Below, piece by piece: positions 51,101 through 61,805 of a stretch of 64,000 bases of DNA. Position numbers and translations under genes: made by a program. Below the pieces are notes generated by a model. That model was given only the letters and a program-made list of their open reading frames with translations. It did not search any database and was not told the origin of the DNA. This DNA is from Enoplolaimus lenunculus (Eukaryota): positions 62,001 to 126,000 of the forward strand of contig JASANG010001329.1 in NCBI GenBank assembly GCA_030248215.1. Reading direction: 5' to 3'. How positions within the stretch are numbered: position 1 is the stretch's first letter; each line of letters starts with the position of its first letter.

Positions 51101-54100
51101 GATTTTGACACACCCCAACGATGCAACCAACACTGTACGGCGCTTTTCGAACTGAGTTGTTCTTCATGCAAATTGTGTAGATGTCCAAGATCTAATTCTC
51201 GGCCAGTTTCTTCGTCGTTTCTTGTGGATTTAGAAGTTTCTACTGGCATACCAATATCTTTAACGAATCCAAAAACTTTCCCGTGTTCTTTCAATTCAAT
51301 TTTTTGGTATGGATCATTATAAATGGCGTCCGTTTCGGAAGGTTTTTTAAGGACTCTAGGAATACATTTCTCGATTATTGCAAGTTCTCTTTCTATTGAT
51401 TGAGGTACGTAACACGTTGTCACCCCATCATTTTCGCTCGAGAAACTTTGTCTAGGTACCGATGAGTATTTATTCTCCGCTTGTATGGCGTGTTCAATAA
51501 TTATCTGGCCTCCGGAACCTGTGTCACATGAGGTGGCATCCAAATGTTGCAGTTTACCATTTGTGAAAGCTAATTTTTTATCAGAAATTTCCCGATCAGC
51601 TACTGAATTATTGTCAATATTATGTCTTTCAACCGGCGATCCAGTTGGCAGTTTCCGATGCCTCTGATGATGTTCAAACCGTTTCTGGCGAGCTCGTGCG
51701 TTTTGAAACCATACCTGAACTACCCGTTTCGCGACCCCAAGTCGTTTCGCGAGTGCACTCTGTTCTAGTTTGGAAGGCATCGCATTTTCGACATAGTACG
51801 ATTGTAGCACTTCAATCGCGTATCCACTAAGCGCAACGCCGCGATTTTTCAACGCAATTTGTTTCATAGAACCCGATCGTTTGAGTAATTTCACGTCGCC
51901 GGTGTTGTCTTTCATGTTGCTGCCACCGTTGTTAGCTTTGTAGATTGGCTGAATGCTGTTGACCACTTCATTGACTGCTTCGACATAGTTATCTTCAGCT
52001 TTGGTGTTCCTAATTTGTTCGGTTTGCTTTTCGATGAATTCGCTTTTACCTCCTGATTCGCGATCCACTGGTATGACAAGCGATTCGATGTCTTTTACGC
52101 TTAGAGTACTAGCTTGAGGCTCTGCTATACTTCGGTCGCCTTCAAACACTTCGCTAATGATATTCCACGGTGAGAGGTTCTCGTTGTGGTAGGAGTCATA
52201 GCTACCTGTCCCTGGTGTTTGTTGAGTTGTAAAATTGTCGCTACTGAAGCTTATATCCATACACATATCAGTATCTCCGCTGGAGCTATGGCCTGGTTTA
52301 CGAGCTGAATTGTTTCGATCAGTTTGTTGGTCGGTTTCAATTGGACAGGTTGATGTGTTCGCACCGTTGTTGGCGATGGTGTTTTTGACGTTTCCATGGC
52401 GTCCTCTAATTTTTTCCGTCTCTGGTATTTGCACAATTGTCGAGCTTGATCCATCATCTGTTATTGCTGATCGACTATTATTTCGGGAGATGCCTGGAAT
52501 TGTTTTTGTTGTAATTTTATTATCGATTTTGAAGTTTTCTTCAACGACTTCAACTTTGTTACGTTTTCCACGGTTGATCACTCTATTCAGTTGCTCGGCT
52601 CTTCTTTTAGCACCAGTATTGCCATTTTGGTGTCGCTGATGCAGCTTGGAGGCAGGGAACCCTTTAACACTTTGCCGATATTTTGACATTTTGTCCACAA
52701 CTGGTCCTCCAGACGATGTAGAACTGCTACTTTCAATCGATCCTTGGTCACCGCAGATGCCCTCATCAGATCCTGAAGTTGGTTCTCGTAATTCGTCCAC
52801 TCGGCTGTATTTTAGCGGAAAATTGTTCTGGTATTTACCGAATTTTGGAGGTGACAGACTGTTGGTCCTAGAATTAATTATTGCGGCTGCAGAGTCACCC
52901 GGGCCACTTGTAGGCGACTCACTTCCGTCGGTATCCTTTTCGGTTGTATTCGATGGGCTTTGCCACTCGACACCTTCTACAATTGAACCACATCCGTCAT
53001 GGTCGTATAGTGACGTTGATGATAGTGGCGAGTCTTCGGTAAATTTTGGCGATTGCTCTCCTTCAGTTTGTTTACGACCAAAATCTTGTGATAGCTCCTC
53101 TGCTCGAGCTGAACCTCTAGTAATCGCTTGATTTGTCGATTCGGATCCCGAACTTTGCTCGCTCATTCGTTTAGTTGCCAACTGATTTTCAAATCTCAGA
53201 TCTGGAACAGCTAGGTTCCGGTTTGTTGAAAATTCTTCGCGTGAATGATTGCTGCTGGCATGTAAACCTGATCCGGTCTTAGATACGTCACGTTCACATT
53301 TGGTGACGCTTTCTTCAATCTGATTGGCTGATTCTACTTTGTCCTCGGTGTCCAATAGCATTTCGCTATACGAATCCACTGCCGGTAGCACCAGTTTCGT
53401 ACAAGATGAATTTGGTCGTTTCCGCCGATGTGTTCGTAAGCTATTAGAATTCATCTGTCCCCACATTGGCTGCGTGTCGCAGCGGTTGCTGTCAGTGGGT
53501 TCCATTCGTTTTTCGTAACATCCTTCGATGTCTGCGTTTTTTGATCTTTTTATCATCTCCGTGCATCCTTCTGGTGATCGAATTTTATGGTTTGAAGACA
53601 AACATGCCCCAGACTGATCTTTCGTGGCGTGTAAAACACAGTTCAAAGTTTTCAAAGGATCGCAATTTTGACCAACTGGCGCGTTACGTATGCCGCTTTT
53701 ATTCTCAGGACTCATCGAAACCAAATTTACCGTACTGTCACCAGCATGAAAATGTGTTCCGCTATTAATGACTGAATTTTGCACAAAGTCGGGCTGCGAA
53801 TTTGCCAGTTTTGAATTCGATACTAACTTTGACCCGTTTTCTCGACATTTAGTAACTGTATCAAAGTCAGTTCCCTCAATAAATTGACTGTAGTCTGCAG
53901 ATAAAGCAGTACCCGATCTAACAGTTTCATTGCCACTTACTATCTTTTCTGTTTCTGCAAAAGCGTCTAACTTTTTCGAGTTGCTTTCGGATTCCTCACA
54001 TGGAAGCGTTGAATTCGTAGCCAGACAATTTTGGTTAACCAGATGCTGTAGCACTGCCCAGTTCGCCATAATTTGTTGTTGATTTAGGTTCGAAAATAGC

Positions 54101-55314
54101 AAATTTGTTAGACCAAGGTAGCGGTTATCTGGGTCCATAGCTAATCTATTAACACATTTGGCGCTATCAGTAGCTAAGTCACCGTTTTCCAGTCGTTCCG
54201 GATTTGGTAAGTTTGTATTTAGTGCTGGCGAACTGTTTAAACCGGTTCGATTAGCTTCTGATTCGACAAATTGTGTTTTAGACGCTCGTTTACTCTTCGA
54301 ACGTCCTGTACCAGCGCCCGCAACAGACTTGAAGACGGCATCCGCCGAAGCGCCCTGCGATACAGTGTTTGGAGTACAATTGATGTCTTTCATATCTACA
54401 TTCAAAGAGCTTGCCAGTCCGGATTGTACGCACTTTTTAGAGCTCATATGTGAACTGTATGAGCCAGAATGCGAAAATCGTTTACCGCAATTGTTACACT
54501 GAAACGGTTTTTCGCCGCTATGAATGCGAACGTGTTCTTTCAGATGATGTTTAAATTTAAAAGCTTTACCACACTGATCACATTTAAATTTTCGTTCACC
54601 ACCGTTGTTGGATCTGGGGATCGGGTACTGATGAGGTTCTACTGCCTGGCTAGAAGGAGTGATGATGGGGCCAGGTGTTGTTAGGCTGGAACTGACTGAA
54701 CACGGTGAAGAAGAAACCTTTAGCAGATGTGTCGCAGGGACATTTGTTGATTTTGGAGGAGTTAATGCTTGTATATCAAGTTCACGCGCACTTTGAATTG
54801 CCGGCTCACACTGTAGTGGAGAATTGTTCGTTTGAAAAAGAAGGCTATGAGCTATAATACTGTTTTCTGGAAGCGTCTGACAAGACCCGTAGGTGTTTGA
54901 AGTAGACGAGTACCCATTAACAAGAGCTTTTCTGTTGCTAGAGTAAGTAGTAGCAGACGGTTGAGATGGTTTTCGACCAGAGATCAATTGATTTTTTAAA
55001 CACCCTGTTAAAGTTACTGAACTGGACGGTCCGTTTGAGCTGCAAACGCTGGTTGAGGTTTGACCAATAATTTCGTAGTAGCGTTGAAGTACCAGCCGAG
55101 CAAATTGGACATCTGCGCCGGAACCAGATTCCGGTTCTGATGGTAAACCGATGGTTGCGGGTTGGAAATTATGGTTCTGTTTGATGAAACTATCAGCTTC
55201 GCAGTTTGGGATTGTTCGTTTGGAGTTTGAGTTTGCCTTAACCCGTGAGGTGGTCTGAATGACTTCGAGAACTTGTGCGGGTAGCTGTGGATTCGTGGAG
55301 GTCTGTAGATCCAT
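47878..55314 (-). CDS. zag-1: ZEB/zfh1/zag-1 family zinc finger-homeodomain transcription factor, spliced: join of 50272..55314, 48709..48883 and 47878..48161 (about 1833 aa)
   Basis: Exon 1 encodes two C2H2 fingers ([53 protein letters not shown], ~54430-54588), a homeodomain (…[15 protein letters not shown], ~51680-51845) and a PLDLS CtBP motif (50461-50475). The splice sites are donor CAG|GTATGT (50272/50271, phase 0), acceptor TTTCAG| (48883), donor CAG|GTATTG (48709, phase 1) and acceptor TTCCAG| (48161). Exons 2-3 translate in frame to the C-terminal three-finger ZEB cluster, with TGA at 47878-47880. Additional upstream exons cannot be excluded. Confidence 0.95.
48709..48883 (-). CDS. 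zag-1: ZEB/zag-1 coding exon 2 (first finger of the C-terminal cluster); not in the ORF track
   Basis: Manual translation gives [59 protein letters not shown]. The exon is 175 nt, flanked by TTTCAG and GTATTG, and its phases match both neighbours. Confidence 0.95.
49973..50157. mobile_element. MITE family T2 in ZEB intron 1
   Basis: Reverse-orientation homologue of 29224-29380; perfect TSD AGTCTAAG (49965-49972, 50158-50165). Confidence 0.85.
50515..50640. repeat. Coding (GAA)n/(CAA/CAG)n tract encoding poly-Gln/poly-Glu in ZEB
   Basis: (TTC)n and (TTG)n on the + strand. Confidence 0.95.
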
Positions 55315-55893
55315 TAGTTTTAGCTTTCAAATAAAGTGTGTCAAATTAAAATTTATAGTCTGGAGGAGTTTTTGACAACCGTACAAAGTAGGTTTTGCTG
55401 CTGGCTTAAAGTAACAGATTAAACAAAAGTTCGTTTAAAAATTTAAATGGAAGACATTGAATTAAATATCGCAATTGTTCACATGGAAGAATCGAGAGAA
55501 TTGTTGAGCAAATTAAGCGTTGAAGATCACTGATATAATATTTTAAGTAGGAAGACTTTGTGACAATAAAATCACATAGTATTTACATTATAGTAAAAGC
55601 TGAAAATTTAGAAAATATCGACAGCTCTGTTATATCCGTTGGCAATGAGGAGGAAGGTGAAGGTTAATTTATCATAATTTTGTAGTAGATATATATTCTT
55701 TTTGATGCTTTGATAAAACAATAGGTCTCTTAACAGTAAATAAGTCACGTGAACAGCAATATAGTAAGAACTGATTTGTGCGAGCTTTTACGAGCATACC
55801 TGTATTATTAAAGTTGAAACGTCCCACATACTTTCTTTTGGGTACTTTTCCAGCATAAAACAAATATTCGTTTAAACATAAATATTTAATACT

Positions 55894-56497
55894 AAGGCAA
55901 TTGGCGTCTTTTCGGTTATCCCCCTCAGTCGGCGTTTGCCAAAAATGTTTGGATTTTAAAAAGTTTTGCATATTTGAGCTTCCCATGACATCTCCTGATC
56001 ATTCTACATCCAAATTTGGTTTTTAAGGTCCTAAGTTGCTTCCTCGGGACCCGAAAATTTTTTTCAAAAGGTTAGACAAATCATACACCATTTGACGCAG
56101 CATGCTCAGGTGAGTCGAATTATGTTATATTTTCCGCAATCTGACGTCCGACTAACGAGTTATGATCAAATAACTAATTTGGCGCGGTTCCAAAATTTTG
56201 GTACGGCGCCAAATCAGTTCAGTACAACTCGTTAATCAGACGTCTCATTGTAGAAAATTTAACATCATTGAACTAAGCTCTGCATGCTGCGTCGAATGGT
56301 AAGTATTTAATTAATTTGTTTAATTTTTATATAAAATTTTTTGGGTCCCAAGAGGATGATTTTGGGACCTTGAAAACTCCAATATGCGTGTGGAATAATC
56401 AGTGGAGGTCATGAGAACCTTAAATATGCAAAAAATTTCCAAAATCATTTTTGGCCAAACACCGACTGGGGAATAACAGAAAAGACCCCGCAATCCT
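55894..56497. mobile_element. Foldback (whole-length palindromic) element upstream of ZEB
   Basis: The arms pair imperfectly over ~300 bp each, centred on CCAAAATTTTGG at 56190-56201. Confidence 0.8.
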
Positions 56498-56654
56498 ATA
56501 CGTATACCAAATGAAAAATATAGGCGCCAATATGGTCTTTGCGATGATTTCACTGAGCTTAGTCTTGCTTTATGACATACATGTTGAACATATGCCTAAC
56601 CCATCGCATTATGTAAGTTGAATATGCGTGCAACTAGGTTTACTAGTTTTAAGG

Positions 56655-57052
56655 GGGAATAAGAGGGGGTTTTCACGTTGAGTCACAATCAATAGGAGTC
56701 CGTATCCCTAATTAGTGTCCGTAAGCGGATATAATCTCTAAATCGTAATTAGAGTCCATAAATGTCCATGGTCCCTAATTGCGATGCATAAACGACTCCA
56801 GGCCCAAATAAAGTTGAGTTCGAAATTTTAAAGCATACTTAAGTTTTGAAAGTACATTGGTAAGTATAACCTTGCATTTATCGCTCAAACTTTCAAATAA
56901 ACTGAAATTCAACGGATAGTTGCGATCCCGGATATATAACAGTAGCGAAGGGCGGCGGACGGCGAAATAACTGTCCATAACCGAATAACAGGGGTAGCTT
57001 CTGGAGAGGTCAAATAAATACCAGCACCCGCCTTATTCGGATCACTACAGTA
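56655..57052. mobile_element. MITE family M1
   Basis: Colinear with 35847-36261; ends TTATTCGGATCACTACAGTA. Confidence 0.7.
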
Positions 57053-57095
57053 GTAATTTACGAATTTATGTTCGCCGAAGTGCACATAACAGTCA

Positions 57096-57490
57096 TACTG
57101 TAGTGACCCAAATAATCGGAAAAGTGATAAGAGGAGGTCCGCATTCGAAGCGCCAAACATTAGAAGTCTGGATACCAACTAGAGTCCGCTATAGGATACA
57201 GTTCATAAGTCTTAATTAGAGTATATAAAAAAGACCAAAACAGAAAAAAACGAAGCAGACTGTTCAAATATGTAACAAACACTCATACAACCCGCATAAA
57301 CTTTATTAAAATCGAGCAAAAAAGGTTAACGAACATTGCAATCAAAAAATGTTTCGGAAGCTGGTTGGTTCTGCCCAAAATAAAAAATATAAATGAGACG
57401 TCGAGTTCGACTAACATGGAATGAATCGTGAATGTCGCCTATGGAGAGACAAAATAAATATCACCGCCTCTTATTCGAGTCAGTACAGTA
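57096..57490. mobile_element. MITE with M1-type TIRs, partly different interior
   Basis: TACTGTAGTGACCCAAATAA … TTATTCGAGTCAGTACAGTA. Confidence 0.65.
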
Positions 57491-58779
57491 CTTGGCACTC
57501 ATTTGTCAGCTTTAATTTTTATAAATTTTTAAATTTTTTTGCAATCTTTTGGTTAGTTGAATCTGTTATTTTCTTAAAATTACCGATGTAATATTAAAAT
57601 TTGTTGTCAGACTTATTTGCGACTGATTTAACCGCATGAAGTAATAATATTATATTCAAACATTATGCTAAAATTTCATTTTAAAGTGTCTGCAGAACGA
57701 TCGCTATCAACTAGAAAAACCGCATAAAATTTGTTGCAAAATATAACAGAAACACCAAAACATTTCTTTTAGGCTGTATTTCAATCCCATCCCTGCAGAC
57801 ACTCACATGATCACTTAGATTTAAAACTCTACATTTCCTAGATTTCAAACCTCCACAGAAATCATGAGTGAGTGGTACTTACGTCAACAGTGATTATTAT
57901 TTTCGTTAATAAAATTAAGTATTTCCCTGCGCTCTGAGACTAGTAACCTCACGTGTTTCAGCTTATTTACTCTACACAGTAATAAATATCATGTGACGAC
58001 CATCTATTTTTTTGGCTCAAATTAAATTTCATAATCACTAAACCATTAAGTTCCTAATTTTAGGTCAATCTTTTAACAGCTTAATGATTCTCTGTGAAAC
58101 CTGAACGGCCAATAACATTTCACGAAAACATGGCTGCAGTATTACGAATTGAAGCTCGACTTTAAAATTGGAAAAAATCACAAGGTAACCCTACGGGCAC
58201 GTTTTAGATTTTAATACTGCCTGGAGGATCATATTTTTAAAATCTCGTGCTTTCAGAGATATCAAATAATTTTAAAACGCATACTGATAATCGGCCAACA
58301 TTTCAGTCCACCAAAAGTCAAATTTGACGAGAATTTATTTTCTGAATGGAGGCAGGAGATACATGCGATCTTGAACAATTTGTGAACTAATGAGCAAAAA
58401 GCACTTCTATAGGAGTTTAAACAAATACCCTGTTGGAATAAGAGGTCAAAAAATTCGGTCGCTCATTAAACTTTGGCTTATATCCTCTGCAAACATCGCA
58501 GAAACTTTACTAATTACTGTTGGTCGAACAAGTTGTTGGTCGAGTGAGAGGAAAACTTTTGATGCCAAATTCTATACTTTAGCTTGCAGCTGGTTTGCGC
58601 CAAAGTATTTTGTATGCGACGAAAAATTGCATACTTGTAATTTTTGGTTAGCGTAACAACTATTACGCAAACGCAGTACAAAAAACTTTTTAAAAACCAG
58701 ATACAAAGCGTTTGTAGCTGGGCATACGCTTAATAACTATTCCACATAGTGTATTGTTTTTCACATGATTTGCACTTAC

Positions 58780-59002
58780 ACAAATGTGGGCTTTCTTGAT
58801 TAGTGTCATAACGAGAGGCGTTTACTATCACCACTCAGCTACAGGATTTCGGCGCTCAAGCCCTAGGCCTCTTACGTCTTCTAGAAATTTTGTACTGCGT
58901 AAACATGTAATACTTATGCACAGCGTATTGTGCAATTAGTGCACTGTAGTACACACATTGCGCTGAGTTGCCCAGAGTCCATTCGATGTGAGAAAGAGTT
59001 AA
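58780..59002 (-). mobile_element. piggyBac-type MITE, inverted diverged copy
   Basis: TCACCACTCAGCTA…GCGCTGAGTTG…ATGTGAGAAAGAGTTAA is the reverse complement of the 5' part of 27922-28184. Confidence 0.7.
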
Positions 59003-59416
59003 CATTTGCACATGACTAAATGCACATACTTTAAGAAAAAAAGCCGATTTTAAATTAAAACACGAAAATAAATTTACTAGCGAAAACTTGACCAAATCAT
59101 TGAATATTCAGAATTTTCACGTTTCAGCTTACTGGTTTATCACAAACCACCTAAAAACACGTGGTTGCGTTTCTTCGTGTGCCGTCAATTAATGAAGTTC
59201 AACTAAGAATGTTTGACTTTTTGTGCTCAAATTTATATTAACCTCAAATTCATCAAAAACCGTTAAGTGCTAATTTTAGGCTGATTTGTCAGTATATCGT
59301 ATATTACGTTTGATGAAAACCTGTAAAATATACGTCGCATCATGGATATTGTGTTAATTTTTCGTTAATCAATAAATAAACGGCCATAAAGTATGGCAAA
59401 AATCTAACAGACAGTT

Positions 59417-60060
59417 GTCACAAGGTAATCTACAATCAAAGCAGGGATAGTAATCTTACAAAAAATCTCGTGATATTTGGTAGTTAAATTATAAAATATT
59501 TGACCGTTGTAAGTGATTTCTTGTGCAAAATTCTTAGGTTTCCACTAGATTGTCTAATTTTATTACAATTTCGATCTTTCGCGAAAACATCTGCTAAAAC
59601 GTGAAACACTTCACGAAAACCTGGTTAATTATATTTAAACCATAATTAGTGCACGAAAAAATCTTCAAAAACAAAAATTGTCACAAGGTAAATACGGTAA
59701 ACGCCACAATATCACGCTCGTAATACGAAAATATCCCGTGATGTTTGAAGGATAAATCTTAAAATATTTAAAAATTTTAAGTGGTTTTCCTCAAAAAATT
59801 TCCAGGTTTGCACGAGATTGCAAAATAATGGCAATTTCAGTAGGTCGTCAAAATGAATTTCTGAGAATCGAATACAGAGATTAGATGGTCAAAGAATCCT
59901 AGAAAATAGGTCACCGGGTCAAAAATCTAATCAGCACGGATAATCATTTGAAAGTGAAAATACCATACCAGCTGACAAAATAGTAAAAATCTCATGATTT
60001 TTAATAAGTAAATCGCAAAATTTGTTGCATTTGCACGAGATTGCCGGAATTAGCCTAATT
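59417..60060. repeat. Degenerate long-period tandem repeat (~264 bp)
   Basis: GTCACAAGGTAA…ATC(T/C)CGTGAT…AAAATATTT…AGGTTT…AGATTG at ~59417 and ~59681, with a partial third unit near 59985-60050. Confidence 0.55.
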
Positions 60061-61684
60061 TCCGTTGGTCCGATGACTGCTTTTTGAAAATCTTATCAAA
60101 CCAGCACGCGTCGAAAATCTAGTTAATATTAGCTAAAATAATCAGTGTTCGAACAGAAATTTGTCATAAGATAACGGAAAAAATTATAAACGGAACCACA
60201 AACTGCGTTAAAACGGATATCGAAGTATAAAAGTTTCAAAGATGTTTCATTTTTCTGCCAACACAAAAGCGTCGTGCGAAAGTTCCGCTGGCTTTTTACT
60301 ATTTTGGATGAATTTCGTAATTTTTAATTCAGAACAATTGCAGCAAAAGTATCTGTAATGAAAAATTGCCAGATGTATACGTGATTGGGACCAAATTTGG
60401 AACATAAAAATAACAGAATTTCTGGTATTTCACGGAAACGGACACCGATTTTTACCGAAAACGGAAACGGATACCCGGTAACACCCTGACCAATACTAAT
60501 GATACAATAATTCAACATTGCAAAAATTTGTCAAGATAACCTTGAAGGTAGTATGCCGCACACGCTCATACAGTTCCCAGCTGCAGGGATCGAAACTAAA
60601 TTAAAATTTTAGCTTACTCTCCTGACAAACAATTATATCTACAGTGCGTCCGGTAATACACAGTCAACGATTTCACGTGTTTCAGCTTAGAATTATTAAT
60701 ATTCAGTTCATTACAATATGAACATTCATTTTGGACAAAGCTAAAAAACATTATTATAAATCAAACTTTTGATCTTAACGTAACCTTTTTGAAAAACCAT
60801 AAGTTTAAATTTACAAGAATAAAGTTTGGCTTAGTAAATAATATAATTATATACCTAATATACAAAAATTAGGTACATAGCTAATACCTGGCGTACCAGG
60901 GTAAGATCCGAAAAAAATGAAAGGAATGTACAAGTTGAGACTAAAACTTTACCTTTAGTTTAAATTCAAGAAGTTTATAAACCTCGTTCAATTATAGTGC
61001 AGTGACTTTCCTCTCTATCCCGTTTTGAGTTTACAGCTTGATTATGAGTTCAAAAAGTATAAGCTTTAGAAGATAACAATGCCATAAAATAAGTATCATT
61101 TTAGGTTTTAAATAGTCTACTTTATATGTTGCCACAGTGGTGTAAAGGTACATATAGGTAACTTTAAGGCCGTCAATTCTATAGGCGTCGGTAAATCTTA
61201 ACGATTCTCTAGTGTCCAAATTTGGTTCTAGAGCCGAACTAGCACATAAGTACATATATGGAGCTATAGCAGATAAGTTTGGATGGCGTGGGCCTTGGCA
61301 GCTATTTATGCAAGGGGGGTGCAGTCGCACCCCTTCGGGTTTAATAAACAGTTTTTAGAGACAGACCCATAAACATAGCAAAAATGTACTAAATTGCCCC
61401 TGCTGCAGCTTTGTTTAAAAACTTTGCTCCGACTGGATAAGCAATTGTACACCCCAACCAAATATTCTGGAATGCTCCATGAAGGCTCTTGTGCCATCTT
61501 TCAAAGTATTTTCGTTGATAGAAATAGATTTTTGGAATATATATCCGTGGCTTTAACTATAGCTTGCTAAAACAGGTGTGAGTGCCCTACGGTAAGCTTG
61601 TGGTATTGTCTAAATACGAAAAAAGTTCAGGACATTCGACGATGGTTACTTAACTACAAGTGCAATGCTGTGTATGCAAAGTGC

Positions 61685-61805
61685 GACCCATGTAAAGATC
61701 AGGGGCGGCTTAAGTATTAGACTAATTTTTTGCTTAGCTTAGGGTTAGGCTTAGGCTTAGGAATATGCTTTTGATACTGTTCCGCCCCTGTTCTTTACAT
61801 TGGCC
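61685..61805. mobile_element. MITE family T1, internally deleted copy
   Basis: GACCCATGTAAAGATCAGGGGCGG … CCGCCCCTGTTCTTTACATTGGCC; TTAGGC interior; TSD CAAAGTGC/CAAAGTTC. Confidence 0.8.

Noticed and set aside
50469..54684. Short antisense and alternative-frame ORFs overlapping ZEB exon 1
   Set aside because: Shadow ORFs of a long coding exon with no recognisable motifs.
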